Of a stretch of 64,000 bases of DNA, positions 18,688 to 29,188 are shown in pieces. Numbering within the stretch: position 1 is the first letter of the stretch; every line of letters starts with the position of its first letter. The notes under the pieces were generated by a model. The model saw nothing but the letters and a program-made list of their open reading frames with translations. It did not search any database and was not told where the DNA came from. The translations under genes and the position numbers were made by a program. This stretch comes from Chloroflexota bacterium (GTDB taxonomy: Bacteria > Chloroflexota > UBA11872 > VXOZ01). Where the stretch lies: positions 1,696,001-1,760,000 of the forward strand of contig OZ219802.1 of assembly GCA_964291655.2 (NCBI GenBank), in the 5' to 3' direction.

Positions 18688-20556
18688 CTATGTGTCCCGC
18701 AGATGACGATCAAACCATGCCAGCATGCGTCGCATGTAGTCGGCTTGGTTCTCCGGCTGGCGGAACTTGTGCCCTTCACCCGCATAGTGCACGTAATCCA
18801 CTTCCACACCGGCCACCTCCAGTGCGTCGCAGAAGGGCTTGCCCTGCTGCATGCGCGCCATGTGTTCTCCCTCACAGAGTAGGAGCGGCGTGCGCGCCTG
18901 GGCGGCGTATGTTAGCGGCGAAAACGCGCGGTAGTTCTCCGGCACCTCATCAACAGAGCCCCCGAATGCCAGCTCGGCACCGCTGTTGGGCGACGTCGCG
19001 TTGGTTGCGGAGACAAAATCAGTGAGCCCTTCAACGCTAACGGCGGCTGCAAAGCGGTTCGTCTGGGTGATAAGCCAGTTGGTGAGTATAGCACCGGCAC
19101 TATGTCCGCGCAGTCCCAGCCGTGCGGGATCGGCAAGTCCTGTTGCAACGACATAGTCTACACCGGCCATGATGTCTGCAACATCAGGTCGCAAATTGAA
19201 GTCGTGTCCGGTATCGATCATGCGCTGAAAGTGCCGCCAGCCGTAGACACCGCTGGAGCGGTAGTCGGATGCGAAGCAGAGGTAGCCGTGCGCAGCCAGC
19301 CAATGCAGCCCTGTAAAGAACAGTGGGTCATCGCCCAGCAGCCTGTTCGGCGTCCTGCCTGTCGGACCGCCGTGGAGATCAACGATAGTAGGCAGGGGGG
19401 TTTGCGGTGGTCGGTCGGGGCCACAGCCCGGAGGATAGAACAACAAGCCCTCCACTTCCAGACCGTCGAAAGAGCGCCAACAGATGGCTTCCACTTCAAG
19501 TTGGTCTACTCCCGCGATGGTGTCGAGTTGGCAATTCGCTTGCGTCAGCGGGCGAGCCTCAGAACCGTCGGTGGCAACGAGACTAATTTCGGTTAGCCGG
19601 TCCGGCGCCTCCATCGTACAGGCGAGCCAGCGCCCGCCATTGGAAATCATCGGTGTCTTGTGGTTGCTGAGGCCGTGGGTGAGCGCTCTAGCCGCGCCGT
19701 CCTTGAGTGAGACTGCAAAGAGATGTCGCGTGATTGTGCCGTTGTTGCCGGATACGTAGATAGTCTGTCCATCCGAGGACCAGACCGGAGGACTCCCACC
19801 ACGCAGCAGCGTAAAGGGTTCATGAGTGCGGTAGCGAACGCTGGTGTCTTTCAGATTCCAGGTGGCGAGGTTAAAGAGCGCGTTGAAACCATACGGATGG
19901 GGTGTGGCCGCAAATGCCAGCGCCTGCCCGTCGCCGCGCCACGCAGGCCGAGACGTCTGACAGGCGCCGACCGGTATCACACTCTGTATGGCATCTTCAC
20001 CGAGACGCAGCATGCGAACCTCATGGCGATCCAACCAGTCGCCGGGTGCCGAGACAGCCGAACTCCATACGATCCGTTGACTGTCAGGCGACCAAACCGG
20101 TCCACTCAGTAGCAGTTGCGGTTCAGGCGGTGGGTCTATACGTTGCATCGTCTCGCCACTTTCGGCTTCAAGCAGCCAAATAGCGCCGGGCCTGGCGACT
20201 TGCGGGCGCTGCAGGACGCGGCCCTCAAATACGGCCAACCTGAGTCCGTCCGGCGACCAGGCGTACGCTCCTACCGACAAGTCGGCAGGTGGCAGTGGTT
20301 TTGGCCCCGCCTCTGACGTCACATCGTATCGCCAAACGCGCGTGACACCCTCCTGCTCACGCAAGAACGAGAGCCAGCCGTCGGGATGCCATTGCGGATT
20401 GGCGCCGCGACCGACCTTCACGGCCACGCCGCCGGCGGCCACGGTCGTTACCCAGACGCTGCCGTTCTCGACGTAGGCAATGAGCGCAACGTCCGGCGAA
20501 AACTGCGGCTGACCTGCGCCCTGCGGCAAGTTCAGCAAGGTATTAGGTTGAATCAT
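18688..20556 (-). CDS. S9-family prolyl oligopeptidase/acylaminoacyl peptidase
   Basis: TolB-like WSPD repeats, HGGP, GHSAG nucleophile, EGH; AAGGAGG RBS. Confidence 0.9.
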   Translation of the reverse strand: MIQPNTLLNLPQGAGQPQFSPDVALIAYVENGSVWVTTVAAGGVAVKVGRGANPQWHPDGWLSFLREQEGVTRVWRYDVTSEAGPKPLPPADLSVGAYAWSPDGLRLAVFEGRVLQRPQVARPGAIWLLEAESGETMQRIDPPPEPQLLLSGPVWSPDSQRIVWSSAVSAPGDWLDRHEVRMLRLGEDAIQSVIPVGACQTSRPAWRGDGQALAFAATPHPYGFNALFNLATWNLKDTSVRYRTHEPFTLLRGGSPPVWSSDGQTIYVSGNNGTITRHLFAVSLKDGAARALTHGLSNHKTPMISNGGRWLACTMEAPDRLTEISLVATDGSEARPLTQANCQLDTIAGVDQLEVEAICWRSFDGLEVEGLLFYPPGCGPDRPPQTPLPTIVDLHGGPTGRTPNRLLGDDPLFFTGLHWLAAHGYLCFASDYRSSGVYGWRHFQRMIDTGHDFNLRPDVADIMAGVDYVVATGLADPARLGLRGHSAGAILTNWLITQTNRFAAAVSVEGLTDFVSATNATSPNSGAELAFGGSVDEVPENYRAFSPLTYAAQARTPLLLCEGEHMARMQQGKPFCDALEVAGVEVDYVHYAGEGHKFRQPENQADYMRRMLAWFDRHLRDT

Positions 20557-20796
20557 GGTACGAACCTCCTTACGTTTTTGAGCACCACCCCATTGGGATC
20601 CGCCTACGCCGCTTGCCCCCCGTGAGTCTTTCGCGACTCCAAATCTAAAGCGCACGTCAGGAATGTATCCCTAAAGAGGAAAGATAATAGCAGGATTGAA
20701 GCACGGAATTATGGGGTTAGTCCGAGAAAGTGCCGCTACAAGCAGCAATTTCGGACGACCCTATGCGCCTCCCAATGCGAACCAGGGCAAGTTTCT

Positions 20797-22299
20797 TTAC
20801 GTAGTGACCCAGACCGGCGTCGTCCAGGCGAGCTGGCCGTTGCGGGCGGCGAGGCGGACGTAGTAGTAGTCGGTGTCTCGCTCCGGCTCGGTGTCCACGA
20901 CGGTAGTAGCAAAGGTGTAGTCCTGTGCGGGCACGGCGCGGTGAATGCGCACAGCGGGACTGCGAAAGCCGTCCGTGTGGTGGGCGCGTGTGGCGCTGAG
21001 CAGGTCTGCCAGCGTATGTTCCGCCGTGTAGCCGTTGGCCGTGAGGGTAAGGGTTGCGCCGACCGGCATCTCCAGGTGGAGGATGAGTCCCTGGGTGGTG
21101 GGGTGACGGGTGGTCATGTTGCCGCGCGTCACCGAGCGCCAGGCTATGTATTGCGCGGACTGTTCCTCCACGGCGTGGGGAATCGTCTCGGCGACGCCCT
21201 CGACTTGCTCATGGCGCAGCACCGGATCGCCGCGGAAGCACGTTTCGCAATCCAGAATGACGCCGTCGTTCAAGCGCACCGCCATCTCCCAATCAGCGTC
21301 CTGGTCAACCGCGGACCACCCCCACTCGATGTGCACTTTGGCGCGCAGGCGGCGGCTCTCCTCCGGTACCACATAGCTCGGCAGCGGCGCCCACCGCCGC
21401 CAGACCCTACTATTCTTAACGACCTCGATTGTGTCCCAGAAGTCGGACCCCTCCGCGCTGATGCTGAGCTGCCGCTTGCTGCCGTGGGTCTCGCCGCCCA
21501 GCATGGCTTCATTAATATGGAAACCAACCGCCATTTTGTCGCCAGTGACGGCATACGTGCGGCGCTGCCAGAGCGCGTCCCAGATGGCGTCGCGGGAAAG
21601 CTCCGTGGCGTAGACCGCCAACCGGCCGTCGCCGTACGATCCCGGGTAGCCGGAGTGCTGGTCGGTGGAGGCCACAATGCCGAAACGATGCCCCCGCTCT
21701 AGTCCGGCCTGAATGGTGCTGTTGTGGTCGCGCGGCCCCATGGTGTTCAGCATGGGGTACGGCGCTTCGTCACTCTCGGAGCAGCCGTGCATGGAGAAGG
21801 TCTCAACGATGGGCGAATAGGTGGAGTCGTAGGCGTCCCAGTTGATGCCGCGCCCGCCGAGCGGATAGCCGATGTGGTGGGGTTCGAGAATGAACGGCTG
21901 TCCGGTTTGGATAAGGCTCTCGCGCAGGTCTGCCACCGTATCGCCGCCCAGCAGCGGCCCATGCGTACCCTTGTAGAGCACGTGGTGGTCGCCGTAGCCC
22001 CGCGAGTGCCACTCATAGCTGAGATACGGAACGAAGCCCTGCCCATCGTCGAATGACGCGAACGTATCCTGCACCGTGTCCCAGTTCCTGTGCAGCTTGG
22101 CAAAGCCTTCCTGGTGGTAATCAATGATGGCACCGAACGTTTCGCGGTCGGTCGGTATATCCGGCCAGAAGGCGTGTCCGGTCACGGAGGCAAAATCAAG
22201 CTGCTGCCGCGCCAGCGTCAGCGCCCGCTCCAAGCTGCCGTGCCCGTAGCTGATTCCGCAGTGGTTGTGAATGTCACCCCAGAAGAGTTGGTATGGCAT
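20797..22299 (-). CDS. PHP-like metallohydrolase (DUF3604/CehA-McbA-like)
   Basis: FWGDIHNH, LDF...TGH, YEW, PHH, STDQH, RRTYAVTG, YYYVR. Confidence 0.75.
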   Translation of the reverse strand: MPYQLFWGDIHNHCGISYGHGSLERALTLARQQLDFASVTGHAFWPDIPTDRETFGAIIDYHQEGFAKLHRNWDTVQDTFASFDDGQGFVPYLSYEWHSRGYGDHHVLYKGTHGPLLGGDTVADLRESLIQTGQPFILEPHHIGYPLGGRGINWDAYDSTYSPIVETFSMHGCSESDEAPYPMLNTMGPRDHNSTIQAGLERGHRFGIVASTDQHSGYPGSYGDGRLAVYATELSRDAIWDALWQRRTYAVTGDKMAVGFHINEAMLGGETHGSKRQLSISAEGSDFWDTIEVVKNSRVWRRWAPLPSYVVPEESRRLRAKVHIEWGWSAVDQDADWEMAVRLNDGVILDCETCFRGDPVLRHEQVEGVAETIPHAVEEQSAQYIAWRSVTRGNMTTRHPTTQGLILHLEMPVGATLTLTANGYTAEHTLADLLSATRAHHTDGFRSPAVRIHRAVPAQDYTFATTVVDTEPERDTDYYYVRLAARNGQLAWTTPVWVTT

Positions 22300-22527
22300 A
22301 CAGGACTCCTAGTTCATGCTTTGGTTTCTTGCCTCATGCCAGCAGGCGGTTGTGGCCTTGGCGCTTCCAGCCGTCTGGCGACCGAAACGTAGTGTAGATA
22401 ACCGTTGCCTAGTATGTAACCACAGGAAAGGCGGAAAGAGAAACCGGCAGAGCGGTTGAAAGTGCCATTCTTTGGAGTAGACTGCAAGTAAGAGCGCTTG
22501 GCCAGTGGCACCGAAAGGAGCCGGGCG

Positions 22528-23865
22528 ATGCTTTCACGGCGGTCGTTATTCGTAACCACGGCAGCACTTGTCGCAGGTTGCGGCAATCCATTGTCCGCGC
22601 CTAGCGTACCCCAAGAGGTCGAGCTTAAGGTGGCGGCGTCCACGAGGCGGTTTGCTTCGTCTGCCTTTCCGCCTTCCGATTGGCTTGAGGGCAAGTATCT
22701 GCGAGCCGTCGCGGCGCTTGAGGCGGATAAAGAGAACCAATTCGGACCAACGCGGGGCGGTTACCGCATTGCGCTGCGCTTCTTCGATGAGATTTATCCG
22801 CGGCCCGACACGCCGCCACAGTCTCCTGAAGAGGTCGAGAAGGATCAAGAGAAAGCGCTCAAAGCGGCGGCGGGATTGCTGGAAGACCTCGAAGCGGATA
22901 TTGTGACCGTCCTGCCGCACGACGCCAATTGGCTGGGGCGGGAAGGACTCTTGCTGCCCTTGGACCGCTTCAGCGGCCCGGGCGAGGCTGCGCTCGACCG
23001 GGAGTTCTACCCAAGTGTCGTAAGCGCACTCCGTAGAGACGGTGCGCTGTATGCGCTGCCTATCGCCGCTCGTCCGCTGATGCTCCACTATGACGAGTAC
23101 TACTTTGCTGCGCAGGGCGTGCCGCCGGTGGATGCAAGCTGGGATTGGAACGACCTAGTGGAGTATGCCGCGAGACTGACGACGTACAAAGAGGATGGCA
23201 CCGTACAGCGCTGGGGGCTAATTGCTCATTTGGAAGGGATCCTGTGGGCGCTATGGCAGAATGAAGCGGCCGCAGTTGACTTGGACAGCCTGCAATGTAG
23301 TCTGCGGGAACCGGCGGCAACGGAGGCTCTGCAGTTCGTGCGAGACCTCATGCACAAGCGGCGCGTCTCTCCACCGGCAACTGGCTTTGAATTGTGGGAG
23401 ATGATCGTTGTTGGGGGTTCCTCGCCCGCGATGCTCTATGATTACTCCCCGTCCTTCTTCGACCGAGGGTCTTTTGTCATGGCCCCGCTGCCCCAGGGAA
23501 AGGTGCGTGCAGTGCCGATGAGAGCTGACATTGGGCTTGCAATTCCCGCGCGGACCCAGAACACGGAGGCGGCGTACGCAGCGTTGATGGCACTTACCCT
23601 CGCCATGCAGAAGGAGGTGATCATACCCGCCGGTAGAGAGGCGGTGGCACGGCTGGCGGAATCCCGCACCAACCTCCGTCCGGCAGAGGTATCGGCGATA
23701 CAGCACTCACTGGAACATGGGCGGGCGGAGCCGGAACCGGGCCTGCAATTCGGCGTGATGTATGAAGTAATGGGACGCATTGTGCGGGGCGAGGACGTAG
23801 CGGCAGCGGTTAACGGCGCGTGCGATCTCGTTCACAAGTATCGGGAGAGGCAACCGAGTCCTTGA
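22528..23865 (+). CDS. Extracellular solute-binding lipoprotein (Tat signal)
   Basis: SRRSLF, VAGC lipobox, LLLPLD, DGALYALP, WDWNDL. Confidence 0.8.
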   Translation: MLSRRSLFVTTAALVAGCGNPLSAPSVPQEVELKVAASTRRFASSAFPPSDWLEGKYLRAVAALEADKENQFGPTRGGYRIALRFFDEIYPRPDTPPQSPEEVEKDQEKALKAAAGLLEDLEADIVTVLPHDANWLGREGLLLPLDRFSGPGEAALDREFYPSVVSALRRDGALYALPIAARPLMLHYDEYYFAAQGVPPVDASWDWNDLVEYAARLTTYKEDGTVQRWGLIAHLEGILWALWQNEAAAVDLDSLQCSLREPAATEALQFVRDLMHKRRVSPPATGFELWEMIVVGGSSPAMLYDYSPSFFDRGSFVMAPLPQGKVRAVPMRADIGLAIPARTQNTEAAYAALMALTLAMQKEVIIPAGREAVARLAESRTNLRPAEVSAIQHSLEHGRAEPEPGLQFGVMYEVMGRIVRGEDVAAAVNGACDLVHKYRERQPSP

Positions 23866-23901
23866 CGAAAGCGGTTGCGGCGCATGCGGGACGAGTACCG
23901 G

Positions 23902-24246
23902 TTATGCAAGAGGCTTGGGACCTCCATGCTGGGTACCTGCTCTACTCAGGTCTATCCAAATTATGTCCCTCTCGATGGCTTGGCGAAACCTTGGCCGCAG
24001 TGTGTCGAGCATGAGCACGTCTACGTGGCTGCCGAACTGTACCTCCAGGTAATCGACAATGGCGAAGTATTCCCGCAGAGTTTGATGTTCTGGGGGCAAG
24101 TCAATAACGACGTCCAGGTCGCTGCCATCTTGGGATTCACCGCGTGCGACTGAGCCAATCAGCCCAATGGCGGCAACGCCAAGTTCAGCGATGTCGTCGC
24201 GGTGTTGGAAAATAGTCTGAACTACGTCTTCTCTCGTAAGTGGCAT
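23902..24246 (-). CDS. Minimal nucleotidyltransferase (MntA-like antitoxin), orphan
   Basis: GSVARGE...SDLDVV motif, VDVL, LRPRFRQAIERD. Confidence 0.85.
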   Translation of the reverse strand: MPLTREDVVQTIFQHRDDIAELGVAAIGLIGSVARGESQDGSDLDVVIDLPPEHQTLREYFAIVDYLEVQFGSHVDVLMLDTLRPRFRQAIERDIIWIDLSRAGTQHGGPKPLA

Positions 24247-24325
24247 GACAGACCGTTCTGACGCTGTGATGCACAGTCTTGCGTACTGATAACCGCCATT
24301 CCCTATTATTCGTAATCTATTCTTC

Positions 24326-25459
24326 TCACACCTCGACCGGAACTCTGGCGTTTTGAAAGATCTCCTGCAGCCGCGCTATCACGGTCGGCACCTCGCTCAG
24401 GCGCAATTCGACGGGGTCTATATAGAAGAAACCTTCGTCGACGTGGTGGGCACGGGGGTGGATAGACGGCGTGCCGGCTTTCAGCGCTTCGCAGACTGCC
24501 TCGGCCGTCGTGCCCGCAATCTGGGGATCTACGATGATCTTTGCTCTGGCCTGCGGGTTGCCGGTGATGTCCGGTTCCGACATGGCCGTAACGCCGGGGA
24601 TGTCCGCCATGGCTGCAACCACGGGGTCTGTTTTTGCATCCATGTCTGCGAAATAGGCGTCGCGGTCGAACGTGCGCAGCCACTCCATGGTGGCGATGAC
24701 GCTGACGATGCCCTCTTTCGTCGGCTTCATGGCGCGTCCCAGGCCCATGGTCTGGCGGGCTGTGGCGTCAATGAGCTCGCGGTTGCCGGCAACCACACCG
24801 GCCGTAAAGCCATTGAGGTGCTTCTGGTCGCTGAAGACCACCGCAGCCGCGCCCTGTTCCAGCAGCTCGCGCGCCAGAAACGCCTCCGCCGCGCCGTCCA
24901 CGATCACGGGCACGCCGTGAGCGTCCGCAATCGCCACAAACTCCGCGAACGAAAGCTGGTTGTGCTGCACGGTATGGTGGGAGAGCACGAAGACAGCAGC
25001 CGTCGTATTGGCATTGATGGCGCGGGCCATATGCTCGGGCAGGGCGCGATTGGCCTCGCCAAACTCCACGGCGGTCGCGCCGCTCATGCGGATCATCTGG
25101 GTGACGGGCGCGCCGAAGTTGACGGCATGGCCCTTCTGGATAATGACTTCGTCTTTCAGGCCGCTCGTATCGGGCAGGGAAAGCACGTTGCCGAGATCGT
25201 CGCCGGTCATGGCCCCGGCGCAGGTCACGGTGATGCCCGCCGCAGCGCAATGGGTTACCGTGCCGGCCTCGGCCCCGGTGGCAGCGGCGATGGCCGCATC
25301 CGCCACCTTTAGGAATTCCGGCATGTCGACGAACTCCGACATGACCTCCATCACGCGGCTCGTCACCTCCGGCGGCACCGCCGCCGCCCCCAGATGCGTC
25401 ATCTTGCCGCAGGCATTGATGATGGGCGTTAGCCCGTAGCGCTCATGAAACTGGGACAT
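24326..25459 (-). CDS. SelA-like PLP-dependent enzyme (DgaE-type ammonia-lyase/transferase)
   Basis: INACGKMTHLG, IIQKGH, VIVDGAAE, FSDQK PLP Lys, GRAMK. Confidence 0.85.
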   Translation of the reverse strand: MSQFHERYGLTPIINACGKMTHLGAAAVPPEVTSRVMEVMSEFVDMPEFLKVADAAIAAATGAEAGTVTHCAAAGITVTCAGAMTGDDLGNVLSLPDTSGLKDEVIIQKGHAVNFGAPVTQMIRMSGATAVEFGEANRALPEHMARAINANTTAAVFVLSHHTVQHNQLSFAEFVAIADAHGVPVIVDGAAEAFLARELLEQGAAAVVFSDQKHLNGFTAGVVAGNRELIDATARQTMGLGRAMKPTKEGIVSVIATMEWLRTFDRDAYFADMDAKTDPVVAAMADIPGVTAMSEPDITGNPQARAKIIVDPQIAGTTAEAVCEALKAGTPSIHPRAHHVDEGFFYIDPVELRLSEVPTVIARLQEIFQNARVPVEV

Positions 25460-25749
25460 GGTTGCCTCTTTCTTGTCAGTTCACCGCAATTGCGTTCGAG
25501 CTAATTCTTCAGTTCTCACACGTCACGCTTATTGTAAAGAATAGCACTCGACTCAAAGGCATGCGCAGTGGAAGTGCCGCATAGGCAGGTGTTTTGACTT
25601 CCAGGCACGTTTACCCGTCGTTAGGACGAGAGGTCGGCAGTTTCGCGGGGCTCTCGTTCGCAAGTCTGCCGGCCACTTGGGCCATCGGCTCTGCAGGAAC
25701 TTTACCTCACTCTCAACGGAAGGCGGGGCTAGGTTGATTTTGCAAAGAT

Positions 25750-25925
25750 TCCCCCTCACCCCGGCCCTCTCCCCCAGGAGACCTTTGCACAACTCCGTCA
25801 TTCCGGCGAAAGCCGGAATCCAGAAGGTTGAGGGTAGCTTGCGATCACTCGCTATGAAGCCAAATTTCGCCCTGCACCACCCGGACTTCCCCATCACGGG
25901 GAATGGCTTTTCCAGAAGTCTCCAA
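25750..25925. repeat. REP cluster: CCCCTCACC-type REP with a GAGACC-ended shell in its loop carrying a CGTC REP
   Basis: CCCCTCACCCCGGCCCTCTCCCCCAG|GAGACCTTTGCACAACTCCGTCATTCCGGCGAAAGCCGGAATCCAG. Confidence 0.75.
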
Positions 25926-26149
25926 AGGCAGAGGATTTCGCAAGGGAAAGGGAGGTCTCGCACGAGGGAGTGGCTCTTTGAGTACTAGAGTGATGAGTTT
26001 TCTCAAATGGTTCCGGCGAGGGTGATGCCAGAATCTGCTGCGGAGTAGGGGGGCCCGATGAACGGTCGTGAGACTGCACTGGATGCAAGTCCCTGCAACA
26101 GCTTGCCGTATATGAGCGAGCCGACAATGCCAAGAGCGTGTCAACCGAG

Positions 26150-26980
26150 TTAAGGCGTTTCGCGTTCCTCAGCGCGAACGCTCTGATACTGGCAGCCTTG
26201 GGAAAAGTGCTGCACGGGCACGCCGGGGAAGTGTCCCTTTAAGTATTCCGCCAGGGAGCGCATGCCCCACTCCTCGGCGGTAGCGTGGTTTACGACCAGC
26301 AGCGGCAGGTCGCGGTCCAGCGCCCAACTCCCGTCTCGCCAGAAGCTCATGCCGTCATCGGTCACCAGCAGTGCGTCGGGCGGGTTGCCCTCCTTGTCGC
26401 GCAGTTGTGCCATATCCGGCACGCGGCAGGCGGCGCCCGTGCCGATGGCCAGGCGCTCCACCGTGCGCGTGAGGTCGCCGACCACCTGCACCTGATCCTG
26501 TCCAATGGCGCTGAGCCGCGCGGCCAGGCTCTGCGCCAAGGCCTGGGCAGTTTGGCTTGGCACCGCATAGAGCCCATACCAGCGGCGCTCGTCCTCGGCC
26601 AGCGGCGGCCCCTCCAGTCCGAGCCCCCGCGCCCAGCTATCGCGGATGCCGTGCGTCGGCATCACGTCCCACACGTCATGGCAGCGGTAGACGACCATGC
26701 CGGTCTCCGCCAGCCAGAGGCCCTTTGCTTCTGTGTAGGTATCGGCATATGCGCCGGGATCGTCATCGCGGTGCACGTAGAAGGTGGGTTCGTGGGTTAC
26801 GAAGAAGCTGAATCCCTGCGCATGCGCGGCTTTGAGCGTGGTAAACTGGCTCTGCCACGCCACGGCAATGCCGCGCACGTCCATGCCGGGATCGCCTGAC
26901 TTGAACGTATCTACGGTATGGCTCCAATCAACCCACGTGCCGACTTCCCGCATGTGCAAGTCGAGTTCAAGCGCGCGCAT
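26150..26980 (-). CDS. Nif3-like dinuclear metal centre protein
   Basis: TVDTFKSGDP, THEPTFY, YRCHD, NHATAEEWGM. Confidence 0.85.
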   Translation of the reverse strand: MRALELDLHMREVGTWVDWSHTVDTFKSGDPGMDVRGIAVAWQSQFTTLKAAHAQGFSFFVTHEPTFYVHRDDDPGAYADTYTEAKGLWLAETGMVVYRCHDVWDVMPTHGIRDSWARGLGLEGPPLAEDERRWYGLYAVPSQTAQALAQSLAARLSAIGQDQVQVVGDLTRTVERLAIGTGAACRVPDMAQLRDKEGNPPDALLVTDDGMSFWRDGSWALDRDLPLLVVNHATAEEWGMRSLAEYLKGHFPGVPVQHFSQGCQYQSVRAEERETP

Positions 26981-27253
26981 TGAATCCGCCTCTCCTTTAA
27001 ACTTGGCGACGGTTTATCAGAATTCAGTAGACCACTTAGGCACTCTAGCCTGCATTTTGCCGGTCCGTCAAAGGAGGGGAAACCGCATGGAATCGGATTG
27101 GCAGCGCGCACACGGTTCGCGTCAGACATCGTCAGCAGACGCCTGACTGGTAGGCAGCAGGATACTGGAACCCGGTTCGCTTGACCCGGACAGTCACGCG
27201 GTAGCCGATGCGGCCTCCCGGTATAATGAAGTCACCGACTCAAGTGATCTCTC

Positions 27254-29143
27254 GTGAAGAGCGCCATGGACCATCCCGATCCACTCACACAGCAGTATCG
27301 TTTCTCGCCCCGCCCGCACAGCGCGCACCTCATCCCCTGGCGCACGTGGTCGGAAGCGGCGTTTGCCGAGGCGCAAGCGCGCAACCGGCCTATCCTGCTC
27401 TGCATCACTACGGCGTGGAGCCAGTGGTCGCATCTCATGGACGAGCGGGCGTATTCCGATGACACGGTGCAGTATCTCATCAAAACCGAGTTCGTGCCGG
27501 TGCGGGTGGATGCCGCCGAACGTCCCGACATCGACCGGCGTTACAATCGCGGCGGCTGGCCCACCACAGCATTTCTCACGCCGGAAGGCGAGCTCATGGC
27601 GGGGGCTACCTACATTCCCGTGCAGGAGATGCGCGACTTTCTGGTGGAACTCGCCGAAGAGTACCGCAAGAATCGCGACACTATCCGCGAGAAGCTCGGC
27701 GCGTTGGAAGAGAAGCGGCGGGAGGCTGAGGCTGCTGAGAAGGCCACGGACGGCGTGCTTACGCCCGCAATCGCCGCCGAATCGGTCGCCTACATCACCG
27801 CCGCGTTTGACCGCGTGAACGGCGGCCTCGGCGACGCTCCCAAATTCACCCATACGGAAGCGCTGGGTCTTGCGCTGGAGTGGTGCCAGCATGCGCTGGA
27901 CTACGATCTGGCTGCTCTGGTCAAACACTCCCTCGACATCATGGCGCTGAGCAACCTCTTCGAGCGGGAGGACGGGGTATTCTTCCGGTTTGCCAACGAC
28001 GCCCAGTGGGAAGACCCGGAACGTGAATGCACGCTGGAAGAGAATGCGGCGCTGGCCTCGCTCTACATGGAAGCCGCACACGTCTTTCGTGAGGAAGGCT
28101 TCACACAGACCGGCGCGCGTGTGCTGCAGTTCTTGGTCGCGAAGCTGTGCGATCCCGCTACCGGAGCGTTCTACGCGGGTTTCTTTGCCCCGGACGCGTA
28201 CTACAACCTTCCTGCGGCACAACGGATCGCGTTCGGCGAAACATGCATCGATCCGGTAGTCCACGCCAAGGAGAACGCGCTGGCGGCGCAGGCTTTCCTG
28301 GATGCCTACCGCACGACGGAAGACTCCGCCTACTGCGACCACGCGGTTGCGATACTATCGCATCTCTGGCACGCGATGTGGGACCCGGAACGCGGCATGG
28401 CGCGCAATTGGAGCGGAGCCTGCGACCCTGTCGATAACGGCGACCCGATCGGAACCGCGTACGGCTGGGGGTGGCTGCCGGACCAAGCCGCCGCCGCCCG
28501 CGCCTTGGTGCAGGCTTACGAAATCACAGGCGAACGAACGTATTTGGACCGAGCGCAAGCGGTAGCCAACCACATCCTGCGCGTCCATCATGATCCTGCG
28601 ACCGGCGGCTTTTGGGACAGCGTTCCTAGACTCGCCGCTGCTTGGGGTGACGAAGAGTCGGAGGCGCCGCTGGGGCTCCTGGCCCAGCGTCAGGAGGTGA
28701 TGGCAGATACGGCGGCAGTGGCTGAGCTCCTGATTCGCCTGTGGCGTCTGACCACCAGGGAAGACTATCGCTCGAGCGCCCAGACGGCGCTCGCAAACTA
28801 TGCAGATTCGTTTCGGTACTTTGGGCATTTCGGCGCGCCCTACGGACAGGCGGTAGACCGTCTGCTGCGCGAGCCGACGCATATACTCGTGGTCGGCGCG
28901 CGCGCCGCGCCAGCGGCACACGCCCTGTTTCAACAGGCGCTGCGCATCCATACGCCGGGGCAAATCGTGCAATGGCTTGATCCGGAGCAAGACGCGGACC
29001 TGCTAGCTGCGCGAGGAATGGCAGTAGCAGACAGTACACCGGTGGCACGGGTCTATAGTGGTGCGGATGAGGTGGCACAGGCCGCCACGGCTGCAGAGCT
29101 TGCGGCTCGCTTCGAGCACGTGGAGCAGCAGGAAGAGAATTGA
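27254..29143 (+). CDS. DUF255/YyaL-like thioredoxin-fold plus six-hairpin glycosidase-like protein
   Basis: IPW, FVPVRVD..ERPDID, GGWPTTAFLTP, GGLGDAPKF; WSQWSH in place of WCHWCH. Confidence 0.85.
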   Translation: MKSAMDHPDPLTQQYRFSPRPHSAHLIPWRTWSEAAFAEAQARNRPILLCITTAWSQWSHLMDERAYSDDTVQYLIKTEFVPVRVDAAERPDIDRRYNRGGWPTTAFLTPEGELMAGATYIPVQEMRDFLVELAEEYRKNRDTIREKLGALEEKRREAEAAEKATDGVLTPAIAAESVAYITAAFDRVNGGLGDAPKFTHTEALGLALEWCQHALDYDLAALVKHSLDIMALSNLFEREDGVFFRFANDAQWEDPERECTLEENAALASLYMEAAHVFREEGFTQTGARVLQFLVAKLCDPATGAFYAGFFAPDAYYNLPAAQRIAFGETCIDPVVHAKENALAAQAFLDAYRTTEDSAYCDHAVAILSHLWHAMWDPERGMARNWSGACDPVDNGDPIGTAYGWGWLPDQAAAARALVQAYEITGERTYLDRAQAVANHILRVHHDPATGGFWDSVPRLAAAWGDEESEAPLGLLAQRQEVMADTAAVAELLIRLWRLTTREDYRSSAQTALANYADSFRYFGHFGAPYGQAVDRLLREPTHILVVGARAAPAAHALFQQALRIHTPGQIVQWLDPEQDADLLAARGMAVADSTPVARVYSGADEVAQAATAAELAARFEHVEQQEEN

Positions 29144-29188
29144 GTTGTGTGTGCCGCGCCGGTCGTCAATGAGGACTCACTAGAACGC

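Noticed and set aside
24326-25459. Selenocysteine synthase selA
   Set aside because: Lacks the SelA N-terminal domain and selB/selC context; fits the SelA-like DgaE group
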